Positions 29,765 through 39,195 of a stretch of DNA of 64,000 nucleotides are shown in pieces. Position 1 is the stretch's first letter; each line of letters begins with the position of its first letter. Source of the DNA: Limisphaerales bacterium (GTDB taxonomy: Bacteria; Verrucomicrobiota; Verrucomicrobiia; Limisphaerales; JAEYXS01); NCBI GenBank assembly GCA_965283725.1, contig CBDIPT010000009.1, forward strand, positions 96,938 through 160,937. The letters run 5' to 3'. Made by a program: the position numbers and the translations under genes. The notes beneath the pieces were generated by a model. That model saw only the letters and a program-made list of their open reading frames with translations. It searched no databases and was not told the origin of the DNA.

Positions 29765-30598
29765 TCAGGGCACCAGTTCGCAATAGGGATTGAACTTCAT
29801 CACTTCTTGCTTCTGCGGTGGCAAGGAAGAGAGATCACTGCCTTTGCAGGTGATCTTCTTGAAGTGACGGACGGTGACGTAACAATAAGTCACAGTATCC
29901 CGGGTGACGGTCCGGTTCCGGTTGCCGCTGTGCAGGCCATTGGCATCGAAGATAGCTACGGTGCCTGCAGGCCCAGAAACATCCACGATTTTGTCCGCCG
30001 AGTCCGGCATCTTTTGCACATCTTCTTCGAAACGGGAGCCCTCCGCCAGACCGCGATAATGATCGTAATAACGATGGTGTGAACCCTTCAGGTAGGTCAT
30101 GCGCTGGCCATCCTTGGGGACTTCCGTCAGCAAAATCATCAGGTGAACCTGCCGGCCACGGGCATCATGATGCCACTGATAGGAGCCATACCGGACCGGT
30201 TCGCTGGGGAGCAAGCGCATTGCACTCGCGCGACCGATGGAAAACTTCTTCTGATAATAACCACCCACGATATCCAGCAGGGTGTCGTCCATGGCGGCGG
30301 CCAGGAAAACGGGGTCTTCGTGCAGGAATTCCGTATTGATGAATGAATCTGGATCTTGCTTGTTGGGGCGACCCTCCACGGCCTTGTCAAAAGCCTGCCG
30401 GAGTTTTTCCAGTGCTTCGCCTTTGAAATGGCTCGGCAAAAACACTATGCCATCCTGCTTCAGAGTTTCGACCTGGTGGGCAGTCTGGCTATTACGGCTA
30501 AATGACCAGTTGAAAGCAGGGTCGGGGCGACGGTGCAGGTATTCCTTGGCAATAAACAACGGCGTTTTGATAAAGGACACTAGGCGGTTGTGTTTCAT
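29765..30598 (-). CDS. phytanoyl-CoA dioxygenase (PhyH) family Fe(II)/2-oxoglutarate oxygenase
   Basis: 'YQWHHDARG' (HxD) and a distal 'ANGLHSGNRN' His. Size and layout are typical of PhyH. Confidence 0.65.
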   Translation of the reverse strand: MKHNRLVSFIKTPLFIAKEYLHRRPDPAFNWSFSRNSQTAHQVETLKQDGIVFLPSHFKGEALEKLRQAFDKAVEGRPNKQDPDSFINTEFLHEDPVFLAAAMDDTLLDIVGGYYQKKFSIGRASAMRLLPSEPVRYGSYQWHHDARGRQVHLMILLTEVPKDGQRMTYLKGSHHRYYDHYRGLAEGSRFEEDVQKMPDSADKIVDVSGPAGTVAIFDANGLHSGNRNRTVTRDTVTYCYVTVRHFKKITCKGSDLSSLPPQKQEVMKFNPYCELVP

Positions 30599-30753
30599 AT
30601 CATTGGTTGTTTTTGCGAACGTCGTCCGTTTCAGCTTGCCTCAGCCGTCTGTTCAGTAAAGTAAAAGTTTATTGCTTTCCCTTGGTCTGAGGTCTATGCA
30701 GCAGGGCGATTTATGGCAAGTCAACCTCTGTGTAAACTGCTGACTGCGGCAAA

Positions 30754-31515
30754 ATGATTCCGCCTTACACGCTCATCTTACCGGACTACCGCACTCCGGA
30801 TATCACCCGGATGGCGCTGCATTCCATCTTCCGTTTCTGTGAGGGGAACCCGGAAGTGCTGGTGGTGGACAATGCTCCTGGCCGGGAGGAATCCCAGATG
30901 CTTGCGGAATTTCCCAAGATCCGGCTCATCAACAACGCGACCAAGACAGTCGGATCGGACGCTAATTTTGAGGCGCTTGATATCGGCATCCGGGAAGCCT
31001 CGCATGACCTGATGGGGTTACTGCACAGCGATACCATTTTCATGCAGCAAGGCTGGGATACCCAATGGTTTGGTTATATTGAAGCCAAAAACCTGGCCGC
31101 TTTGGGCACCTTTGAGCGCGAGGCCAATCCTTTTCGGCCTTTGCGCAAGCGCATCGAGGACCGGTTCAAGCACTTCACTCACCACCGGGAAGTGCCAGCG
31201 GATAAGTCTGGCAAGATGGCCATGCACTTTGTTTTGACCCGCCGTTCCGTCTTGCAGCAGGCAGGTTTTAATTTCATCCGAGATCGTGATCTTCTGAGCC
31301 GCCATTTCCAAGGCATCCAGAACGGAGTGGAAGTCTTGAGCCTATGGGAGATGAGCCGGTTTGTCTGGCATACGAGCAATATCACGAGCCTGCTGACCGG
31401 CCAGATGGATGATCCGCGTCTGATCAAATCTTATGAATCCAAACGCAAACGGTTCCTCGAAGACCCGTTTGTGCAGGAGCACTTTGCCGGTGTCCTGCCA
31501 AAACAACGAGGCTGA
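30754..31515 (+). CDS. GT-A (GT2-like) protein, intact paralog
   Basis: 'LILPDYRTPDITRMALHSIF', 'VLVVDNAPGREES' and 'LLHSDTIFMQQGW' (at the DxD-equivalent position). Confidence 0.7.
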   Translation: MIPPYTLILPDYRTPDITRMALHSIFRFCEGNPEVLVVDNAPGREESQMLAEFPKIRLINNATKTVGSDANFEALDIGIREASHDLMGLLHSDTIFMQQGWDTQWFGYIEAKNLAALGTFEREANPFRPLRKRIEDRFKHFTHHREVPADKSGKMAMHFVLTRRSVLQQAGFNFIRDRDLLSRHFQGIQNGVEVLSLWEMSRFVWHTSNITSLLTGQMDDPRLIKSYESKRKRFLEDPFVQEHFAGVLPKQRG

Positions 31516-31527
31516 GCCGGAGAACAC

Positions 31528-33024
31528 ATGGTCTTTAGCTCCTTTCAATATGTCCTCGCCTTTCTGCCTCTGGCCGTGCTCGTTTTCATGGTGCTGCAAC
31601 GGTACGGAAGGGTGCAGGCCTCGTCGTATTGGTTGATCGCGGCGTCGCTCTTTTTCTACGGGTGGTGGGACTGGCGTTACCTTCCGTTGCCCATTGGGTC
31701 GGTCGTTTTCAATTATTACGTTGGCACCCGCTTGCTGCGATCGGAGCGAGCGGACCGGACTCTTTTAACCCTCGGGTTGATCGCCAACCTGGCATTGCTG
31801 GGTTATTACAAATACGCCGGTTTCTTCGTGGACAATCTTAACGGGCTTTTTGGTGAGGCGTTGCCGGTGCCGCATATCGCTCTCCCTCTGGCGATTTCTT
31901 TCTGCACCTTCCAGCAAGTTTCCTTCCTCGTAGATTGCTACCGAAAGCAAGTGGCACCGTTCACATTCCGTTGTTATCTGCTCTACATCACGTTTTTCCC
32001 GCACTTGATCGCTGGTCCAGTAGTGCGGCACAACGAACTGCTGCCGCAACTCGAATCTTCGCGAGACTGGGATGCGCGCTGGCACGATATCGTCCGGGGG
32101 GTGCACCTCTTCGCGCTGGGACTGGCCAAGAAAGCCATCTTTGCCGACACGATGGCCGGATACGCCAATCCGGTTTTCAATGCGGCAGCCACGGGTGCCA
32201 CACCGAGCTTTCTGGAGGCGTGGGCGGCCGCCTTGGCTTACACGTTGCAACTGTATTTCGATTTCTCCGGGTATGCTGACATGGCTTTGGGCAGTGCGCG
32301 CATGCTGGGTATCCATTTGCCGGAGAATTTCAATTCCCCTTATAAAGCGCAGAACATCGCGGACTTCTGGCGCCGGTGGCATATCACGCTGAGTCATTTC
32401 CTGCGCGACTATCTTTATATCCCGCTGGGTGGTAGTCGTGCAGGCAAAGGACGTACCTATCTGAACCTGATAATCACTATGTTGCTAGGTGGCCTTTGGC
32501 ACGGCGCGGCGTGGACGTTTGTGGTCTGGGGAGCGATGCATGGTGCGGCGCTGGCGGTGTGTCACTGGTGGAAGGAGTTCAGCGAAGCACGCAAGTGGTC
32601 GATGCCGCCTTTCATGGCCTATGGCCTGACGATGCTGTTCGTGATTGTCGGCTGGGTCATCTTCCGGGCGAACACTTGGGAGGCGGCGGGCCGAGTCTTG
32701 GGCGGGATGTTTGGTCAGACGACTTTTATTCTGCCCAAAGAAATGACGTTTCTCCACCAATGGGGCGGGGGCTTCAGTGAATTGGCCATCGCGAACACAC
32801 GCAATCTTGGCAGCCTGCCGGATGCCAACGTGTTCGTGTTCGCGCTGGCCTTGTTCGCCATTTGCAAATGGACGCCAAACACCCAGGAATGGATGCAGGA
32901 AAAGGGGTTCGGTTCATTGGATAATCTAACGTTGGACCGCTGTCTGTTGCTGGCGATGCTGCTTACGCTCTGCATGGTCAACTTGCTCGCGCATAATGAG
33001 GTGTTCATCTATTATGTCTTCTAA
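31528..33024 (+). CDS. MBOAT family membrane O-acyltransferase (AlgI/DltB-like)
   Basis: 'FWRRWHITLSHFLRDYLYIPLGGSR' and 'LGGLWHGAAWTFVVWG' (invariant His). Confidence 0.9.
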   Translation: MVFSSFQYVLAFLPLAVLVFMVLQRYGRVQASSYWLIAASLFFYGWWDWRYLPLPIGSVVFNYYVGTRLLRSERADRTLLTLGLIANLALLGYYKYAGFFVDNLNGLFGEALPVPHIALPLAISFCTFQQVSFLVDCYRKQVAPFTFRCYLLYITFFPHLIAGPVVRHNELLPQLESSRDWDARWHDIVRGVHLFALGLAKKAIFADTMAGYANPVFNAAATGATPSFLEAWAAALAYTLQLYFDFSGYADMALGSARMLGIHLPENFNSPYKAQNIADFWRRWHITLSHFLRDYLYIPLGGSRAGKGRTYLNLIITMLLGGLWHGAAWTFVVWGAMHGAALAVCHWWKEFSEARKWSMPPFMAYGLTMLFVIVGWVIFRANTWEAAGRVLGGMFGQTTFILPKEMTFLHQWGGGFSELAIANTRNLGSLPDANVFVFALALFAICKWTPNTQEWMQEKGFGSLDNLTLDRCLLLAMLLTLCMVNLLAHNEVFIYYVF

Positions 33025-34258
33025 GCGCCTCACACCGAAACAGTTTTTGCTCCTCTTGCTGGGACTCGTGTTCCTGCTATGCAGTCCTATGCTGTTGAGC
33101 TACCGCTTCTTGAAACAGAACGGCGAGACACTCAGTCCGGTGGAGATCGTGGACCGTTTGCAGGCGAATCCCGAGGCTTACTACCGTTCGGCGATCCACG
33201 ATAATTTGCGCGAGACGGCATTGGAGATTTTGAAGCGTCGGCAACCGGAAGTCGTCGCCTTGGGCTCTTCGTTGAGTTTTGATTTTCGCGAGGAGTATTT
33301 TTCCAGTTCGTTTGGGTGTGGTTGCGGGGTGATGGATTCGTTGAGTGATGGCGAGGTGTTTGTCCAAAAGATGTTGGAGGTTAGCCACCCCAAAGTGGTA
33401 CTGTTCGTCTTGGATTTCTGGTGGTTCACGGATGATGAAGTGCGTCCACGTGGCGAGTTGGCGCCGTTGGACCAGAGTCCGCGATTTTCTTTCTCTAAGT
33501 TAAAACAGCCTTACAAGCTCATCGGGAAAAAGCAGATCACTGTGAGCCAGTTTCTCGGGTTTGAACCGTTACCCAGTTCGCCAGCCGTCGCCAATCCAGC
33601 GATCGGACTGATGGCCGAAGAAGATAATGTGGGCCGCCGTTTTGATGGATCACAATTGAACGGCATCGTATTCAGCGAGCGGGCCAAGGAGTTCTACGCC
33701 CCTGTCCGGGAATACTTTGCTGATGCCAAAAGTTTTGTGCTGAAACCCGGCCGTTTTGGTCCTGACCGCAAGATTCATCCTGAGCGTATCGCATTGTTGC
33801 AACGTCTCGTTAAACAAATGGAGGATGCGGGTGCGCATGTAGTGCTGCTCTATCCACCAATGGCTCCGCCGATCGCCCAGGCGATGGCGGAATCGGGGCG
33901 GCATGAGTATATCTCGGAGCTGGGCAAACAGCTCAAAGCATTGGGATTCGAAGCGTATGATTTTCATTCGCCACAGGCTTTGGGCATCCCAACGAGCGAG
34001 TATTCTGATACGCATCACGCAGGGAATACGGCGTATATGCGATTGCTGGCGGAAATTGTTCGACGGCATCCGGAGTCGCCACTGTCAAAACGGGTAAAGC
34101 GGGATGAGATTGTCCAGCGGATTGAACAGTTCAAAGGAACCACGGTAGCGGTGCTGGAAAAAGACCGTATTCAGGCAGCGGAAACGGATTTCTTGGGTTT
34201 GGGTGTGACCAAGACCAACGCTCCACATCTGTCGGGTCAAAGAGCGGACAAGCGTTGA
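33014..34258 (+). CDS. membrane-anchored partner of the MBOAT (possible AlgJ/AlgX-like acyl-transfer protein)
   Basis: The ATG at 33014 overlaps the MBOAT 3' end by 11 nt. It has an N-terminal TM helix, and 'YSDTHHAGN' resembles the AlgJ/AlgX 'DTHW' motif. Confidence 0.5.
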   Translation: MSSKRLTPKQFLLLLLGLVFLLCSPMLLSYRFLKQNGETLSPVEIVDRLQANPEAYYRSAIHDNLRETALEILKRRQPEVVALGSSLSFDFREEYFSSSFGCGCGVMDSLSDGEVFVQKMLEVSHPKVVLFVLDFWWFTDDEVRPRGELAPLDQSPRFSFSKLKQPYKLIGKKQITVSQFLGFEPLPSSPAVANPAIGLMAEEDNVGRRFDGSQLNGIVFSERAKEFYAPVREYFADAKSFVLKPGRFGPDRKIHPERIALLQRLVKQMEDAGAHVVLLYPPMAPPIAQAMAESGRHEYISELGKQLKALGFEAYDFHSPQALGIPTSEYSDTHHAGNTAYMRLLAEIVRRHPESPLSKRVKRDEIVQRIEQFKGTTVAVLEKDRIQAAETDFLGLGVTKTNAPHLSGQRADKR

Positions 34259-35325
34259 TACTCTGCGGTCAGCTTCACCATCGCGATATCAACAGTGAAC
34301 TTGTTCCGGATATTCATCTGAGCCCGGGCAACATCGATTTTCATCGTCTGCCAACTGCTGATAAGATGTTCCAAACGTTCTGCGAGTTCAGTGGGTTGAT
34401 AGGCGTGGAAAAGAAAGCGGGGGTCTTCTTGCACTTGCTCGATGATTCCGGTGCGGCTCGTGAGCAGAGGGACGCCTGCCGCCAGCACCTCCACGGCGGC
34501 CATACCGAAGCTCTCCATGCGCGTCGGGTTGATAACGAGATCATAACCACGCACGAGTGCGCGAAAGCCTTCCACGCGACCGATGAAATTGTATTGGCCA
34601 ATCTTCAAACGCTCTAGTTTGAGGTCATTCTTGGCGGGGTCAGGTTTGTCACCGGTGAAGTCAAATGTCAGCGCCGGCAGGCATTGTTGTTCTTGCAGGA
34701 GATAAAGGGCTTCGGTCAAGTCTGCCCAGCCTTTCCAATCCAGCGCGGAGCCGATGGCTAAGATGCGTTGTGGGAACTGCTCGGCCTTGGGTTTGACGTC
34801 GGCGAATTCACCGGTCTCGATGCCGTCGTGCACGAGCTTGAAGTTCACCGTTGGCGCCCAGCCTTGGTTGCGAGTGAGGAGTTCATCACCCACGACCGCA
34901 ATAAAATCGTATTCCGTGCAGCCGTATTTGAAGAGGTCTTCGCGCTTCATGCCGGGCGAGCGCAAGAAGATGGCTTTACGGGCGTTCAACTCCTTGGCCA
35001 AGGCAGAACCGAGCAGACCTTCTAAGTGATCGTTGGCGTGGACGATGGTGGGCTGCAGGCCCTTCGCTTGCAGTTGCGCCTTAACCTTGCCCGCCCACTT
35101 GCGATTCCCAAACAGACGTGAACTCAGCGATCGCGAGCTGGGGAAAGGCTCGATGATTACTGGAACGTCATGCTTCTCGCATTCGCTGGTGAGCCAGCCC
35201 GCTGCGGAGCAAACGAGCACTGGCTGCCACGGCTTCATCCCGGCATGACGCAGCAGTCGCGCGAGGCACGTTTGTGCGCCTGCCCGGTGAGTGCGTTTCT
35301 GGATGAAGAGGACGCTCGGTGTCAT
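34237..35325 (-). CDS. family 4 (GT-B) glycosyltransferase
   Basis: 'RMESFGMAAVEVLAAGVPLLTSRTGIIEQV'. Confidence 0.85.
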   Translation of the reverse strand: MTPSVLFIQKRTHRAGAQTCLARLLRHAGMKPWQPVLVCSAAGWLTSECEKHDVPVIIEPFPSSRSLSSRLFGNRKWAGKVKAQLQAKGLQPTIVHANDHLEGLLGSALAKELNARKAIFLRSPGMKREDLFKYGCTEYDFIAVVGDELLTRNQGWAPTVNFKLVHDGIETGEFADVKPKAEQFPQRILAIGSALDWKGWADLTEALYLLQEQQCLPALTFDFTGDKPDPAKNDLKLERLKIGQYNFIGRVEGFRALVRGYDLVINPTRMESFGMAAVEVLAAGVPLLTSRTGIIEQVQEDPRFLFHAYQPTELAERLEHLISSWQTMKIDVARAQMNIRNKFTVDIAMVKLTAEYQRLSAL

Positions 35326-36365
35326 TTCGTCAGCAATTTGTCGGCTGCGGCCAGCACGGCGTCAACGCTCATGCTGTCCATGCAGGGGAAAATCTTGTTC
35401 TTATCGCAAGTGAACTGACGGACCTGTTTGCAACTGCATGGTCCAAGGACGAGTTCATGCCGGACCTGCCACGGATGCCAGCTCCACTCCGACGAAGGCC
35501 CAAATAGGCCAACGATGGGTGCTTGCATGGCGGCGGCGAGGTGCATGGCCACGGTGTCCACACCGAGGAATAATTTGGTTCGCTTCAGCATCCAACCGAG
35601 CTCATGCAGGCTTGTCTTGCCTTCGTTCCACAATGGCTTGGTATTGGTGGCGGCGAGGATTTGGTGGACGTAATCATGCTCGCGTGCGTCGGGGCCGGTA
35701 GAAAGCAGCACCTTCAAGCCGTGATGTTGTCCGATTTGATCAGCCACTTGCGCCCAGCGTTCCGGCACCCATTCCTTGAAACTCCAACGGCTGGTCGGAT
35801 GCAGGATGGCAAAGGGACCGAGGTCACGCAGAAAGGGCAGTTTAGTGAAGAGCGCGGCTTCATCCACTTGTGGATGAAAGGATAGCGGGCCGGGTTTGGC
35901 GGATGGGTCTACGATGTCGGCCACGGTGCGAAAGTCGCGCAGCACCTGATGTTCCCGCGCCCATTCGAAGTGCGAGAACTGGTTGAAGAGATTACGTTTC
36001 CAACCATTAACAACTCCGTAGGCGTCGTTGATGCCGCGGTGCTTGGCTCGTCCGGCGATCAGCCAGAACTTGGCGCGATCGGAATGCGAAAGATCGAAGC
36101 CGTAGTCGTAGCCCTCTAAGCCGATGGCACTCCAGGCTTTGGAGAATTGTTGCCAGCCATCGGCGAAAGAGCGCTGCTGCTTTTCTGGACGCGCTACGGG
36201 AATGAGATTGGTGATGGCTGGGTGGCCGCGCAGCATGACTTCGCAGCCGCTACGCACGACGACGTCAATGCGGGCGCCGGGATATTTCTGCGCAAGGAAA
36301 TCAATCGTCGGAGACAGCAGCAAGGTGTCTCCGAGGTGATTCAGCTTAAGAAGCAGGAATTTCAC
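35322..36365 (-). CDS. family 9 glycosyltransferase (heptosyltransferase-like)
   Basis: 'LKLNHLGDTLLLSPT' and 'GVDTVAMHLAAAMQAPIVGLFGPS'. Confidence 0.85.
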   Translation of the reverse strand: MKFLLLKLNHLGDTLLLSPTIDFLAQKYPGARIDVVVRSGCEVMLRGHPAITNLIPVARPEKQQRSFADGWQQFSKAWSAIGLEGYDYGFDLSHSDRAKFWLIAGRAKHRGINDAYGVVNGWKRNLFNQFSHFEWAREHQVLRDFRTVADIVDPSAKPGPLSFHPQVDEAALFTKLPFLRDLGPFAILHPTSRWSFKEWVPERWAQVADQIGQHHGLKVLLSTGPDAREHDYVHQILAATNTKPLWNEGKTSLHELGWMLKRTKLFLGVDTVAMHLAAAMQAPIVGLFGPSSEWSWHPWQVRHELVLGPCSCKQVRQFTCDKNKIFPCMDSMSVDAVLAAADKLLTK

Positions 36366-36416
36366 ACCCTCAGCATTAATTTAGGGCTGGTTGACGACAT
36401 GTTTCAATGCATCTAC

Positions 36417-37814
36417 CTAAGTTTTCTTGTGCTTGCTGCATAGCGCGGCGTCGATTTGAGCGCGGGCTTCCTTCACATCGCGTGGTTTGATGGATTTATC
36501 GTAAGCGTAGCTCTTGATAGCGTAACGGCCACGGTTCACGCGAACCTTCACCGGCATCAAGGGGTCAAAATGGTAGGCTAGTCCTAGATTGCGCATCAGC
36601 TTGAGCTTGGCGGCGCGCCGCATATCGGTGGCGTTTAGCCCGGACCAGTCGATCGACTTGATCTGATGCACGGCGTGAGAGATAAGTTTGGTCAGACGTT
36701 CGCACGAAGTGCCATCGGGTGAATCACACCATTTGGCGAGATGCCGTTGCCGCGAGGCGAGGATCTCTTTGCTTTCGCCCTGTTTGAGCACGGTCGCAAT
36801 CATGCCGGGCAAGTCTTCAGGCCGTTCGCAATGGGTGTTGCTCTTGCCATGCTCGTCATGGAAGAACATCGGGTTCTTGAAAAAGATCAGCTCCAGCGTT
36901 GGTTTGCTGGCGATCCAGCTCTCCATCGCAGTGGTGCAGGTTTCACAGGAAATCTCAAGATCGCAATCAAGGATCAACGGTGTGATGCTGGAGCTGGGGT
37001 CCAGTGTCACCCATTTCTTGCGAGCCTCGGGCAACTTCGCCACCCAGTCGGCGTAGAGCTGGACGTCTTCGCGCGGATGCGGACGAAGAACGAGATCGAA
37101 TTTGTCGGCACTGACCAAGGAATCAAGGTAATCGAACAGCTTCTTACGGGCGTTGAAGTTGTCTTCAACGGATTTCCAGTAGTTCTTGTAAACCGGAATA
37201 CGGTCCTTCCACGCGGCGAAGAACTTGTCCGCCTCGGTCTTGGGCAATTCCCAGAAACGGGCGATGGAGAAGTTGGTGCACAGCAAGATGCGCGGACGTT
37301 TGCGGGTCTTGTCATCCGGCTGGTAGGAGATGCGGGACCACGGCTCAAAGTAGAAATCGAAACGCGGCACGCCAATGACTTCAATCTTGGTGTTTTTCCA
37401 AAGGCCCGTTTCCAACAGCGTATCCTTGTGCAGTTGGTTCCAGCAGAAGAAATAGTCGATGTGTGCGCCGCTGTGGTGTTTGCCGGAGTTGAACTTCAGG
37501 TCTTCCTGGTCGTAGTTGATGCCTTCGTTCGGCAGGACGGCTGTGAGCACGCCCATCTCATGCAGGCGTTTGGAGTAGGCTACGAGGTGGCTCGCAGTTA
37601 GATGGTTGAAGACGATCATGTGCGGGCGGTAAGCGCCCAGCACGGCGCGATAGGCTTCGAGCGGTTCGAGAAAGCAATCGACGCCCAAGTTATCGAGGTG
37701 ATGGGCGATGAGGGCGGCCAACGGCAGATCACGCGTCTTGCTGTCCACTAGCACGACAACGCGGGGTCTTTCACCGGCGACAAGTTTCGTAGATTTGTTC
37801 TTCATCCGTTTCAC
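36417..37814 (-). CDS. uncharacterised GT-B-like protein with HP motif (candidate CMP-sugar transferase)
   Basis: 'RVVVLVDSKTRDL', 'IEVIGVPRFD' and 'FDLVLRPHPRED' (His codon 37077-37079). The annotated start is a GTG at 37814, and an ATG at 37805 is an alternative. Confidence 0.45.
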   Translation of the reverse strand: MKRMKNKSTKLVAGERPRVVVLVDSKTRDLPLAALIAHHLDNLGVDCFLEPLEAYRAVLGAYRPHMIVFNHLTASHLVAYSKRLHEMGVLTAVLPNEGINYDQEDLKFNSGKHHSGAHIDYFFCWNQLHKDTLLETGLWKNTKIEVIGVPRFDFYFEPWSRISYQPDDKTRKRPRILLCTNFSIARFWELPKTEADKFFAAWKDRIPVYKNYWKSVEDNFNARKKLFDYLDSLVSADKFDLVLRPHPREDVQLYADWVAKLPEARKKWVTLDPSSSITPLILDCDLEISCETCTTAMESWIASKPTLELIFFKNPMFFHDEHGKSNTHCERPEDLPGMIATVLKQGESKEILASRQRHLAKWCDSPDGTSCERLTKLISHAVHQIKSIDWSGLNATDMRRAAKLKLMRNLGLAYHFDPLMPVKVRVNRGRYAIKSYAYDKSIKPRDVKEARAQIDAALCSKHKKT

Positions 37815-38581
37815 AGTTGGCCGGCATTACGGACGGCCAAGCCAGCGCGGGCCAGGTGTCGTTTCGCTTCCAAAGGGGTTTGCTGGGTAAAATGAAAAAT
37901 ACTGGCGGCAGCGACGGCTGAAGCGTGGCCTTTGATCAGCACATCCAGCATGTCCTGATAACTGCCTGCACCGCCCGAAGCGATGACTGGAATGGAAACA
38001 CGGCTGTTCACGCGTTCGATCAAGTCGATATCGTAGCCCAGCATGGTACCATCGCGTTCCACGGAGGTCAGCAGAATCTCGCCCGCACCAAATTCTTCGG
38101 CGGCTTCGGCCCATGTCTCGGGGGCAATACCGGTCGGGCGTGTGCCGCTGTGGCTGTAACATTCATAGCGTCCATCCGGATGTTTTCGCACGTCAATGCT
38201 CACCACGACGCATTGGGAACCAAAGCTATAAGCGGCCTCGCGGATCAACGTTGGATTCTCATAAGCAGCGGAGTTGATGCTTACTTTATCGGCTCCCGCC
38301 AGAAGCAACCGGCGAATCTGGTCGATGTTCTTGATGCCGCCCCCGACCGTGAGCGGGACAAAGCATTCACTGGAGAACTCCATGACCGAATCGTAATCCG
38401 GCTCGCGGTTGTCCAAGGTGGCAGAGATATCCAGCACCATCATCTCATCCACTTCGCGCAAATTATAGACCTTGATGGCGGGCAGCACCGTACCGACCCG
38501 GCGCCAGCTATCAAAGCCCACGCCTTTGACAAGGCCGTGGTTTTTCCACAAGAGAGTGGGGATGACGCGGATCTTTAGCAT
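37811..38581 (-). CDS. hisF: imidazole glycerol phosphate synthase cyclase subunit paralog (HisF-like, glycan-cluster type)
   Basis: 'RVIPTLL', 'VPLTVGGGI', 'ADKVSINSAA' and 'VIASGGAGS'. The start is an internal ATG at 38581. Confidence 0.85.
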   Translation of the reverse strand: MLKIRVIPTLLWKNHGLVKGVGFDSWRRVGTVLPAIKVYNLREVDEMMVLDISATLDNREPDYDSVMEFSSECFVPLTVGGGIKNIDQIRRLLLAGADKVSINSAAYENPTLIREAAYSFGSQCVVVSIDVRKHPDGRYECYSHSGTRPTGIAPETWAEAAEEFGAGEILLTSVERDGTMLGYDIDLIERVNSRVSIPVIASGGAGSYQDMLDVLIKGHASAVAAASIFHFTQQTPLEAKRHLARAGLAVRNAGQL

Positions 38582-39147
38582 GGCCGTGCGCCTTTCCAGC
38601 CGGTCCATTCCGCCCGCAACAGGCCGAAGAGCAGGATGTCCACCGGACCGTCATCAAGCAATTCCTGCTGCCGCTGGGTGCCTTCCTGAACCATGTTCCA
38701 ATGGCGGAAGATTTTGACCATGCCCTCATTCCGTGCGGCTGTTCCGCCGGTGATCTTACGTAAATTCAAGGTGCCGAAGCCATGAGCAAGGGCCAATCCC
38801 CAAGCCTCTTTACCGCAGCCAGTTCCGGCGGCGGCAGCATGGCCGATCATGATGCCCAAGTCTGCCGTCTGATGATGGGTGTCCACATACGTGGTCATGG
38901 TGCCGACGTGGAAGCCGTCACTGAGGCGTTCCACGGCCCAGAAGAAATTCGGCGAACCGGGAAAAGAAGACAGATAACCGAGGCTGCTTTCAGTGGTATG
39001 GGTACGCAGGCGTTGCCGGGAGAAGCGCATCAGGTGCTTGTTGTTCAGCCACGATAAATACTCGGTCGTAATATGCGCAGCCGTGAACGGCACCAGACGG
39101 ACATTCTTACCCACATAGGCTATGGAATCGGCAACTGCCATGAACAA
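38575..39147 (-). CDS. GNAT family N-acetyltransferase
   Basis: RimJ/RimL-like layout: 'VRLVPFTAAH...YLSWLNN' and 'GTGCGKEAWGLALAHGF'. Confidence 0.7.
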   Translation of the reverse strand: MFMAVADSIAYVGKNVRLVPFTAAHITTEYLSWLNNKHLMRFSRQRLRTHTTESSLGYLSSFPGSPNFFWAVERLSDGFHVGTMTTYVDTHHQTADLGIMIGHAAAAGTGCGKEAWGLALAHGFGTLNLRKITGGTAARNEGMVKIFRHWNMVQEGTQRQQELLDDGPVDILLFGLLRAEWTGWKGARPC

Positions 39148-39195
39148 CCGCTATGATTCCCTAAACCGGTGCTGGTACGCAAGACTGCGGCTTGA

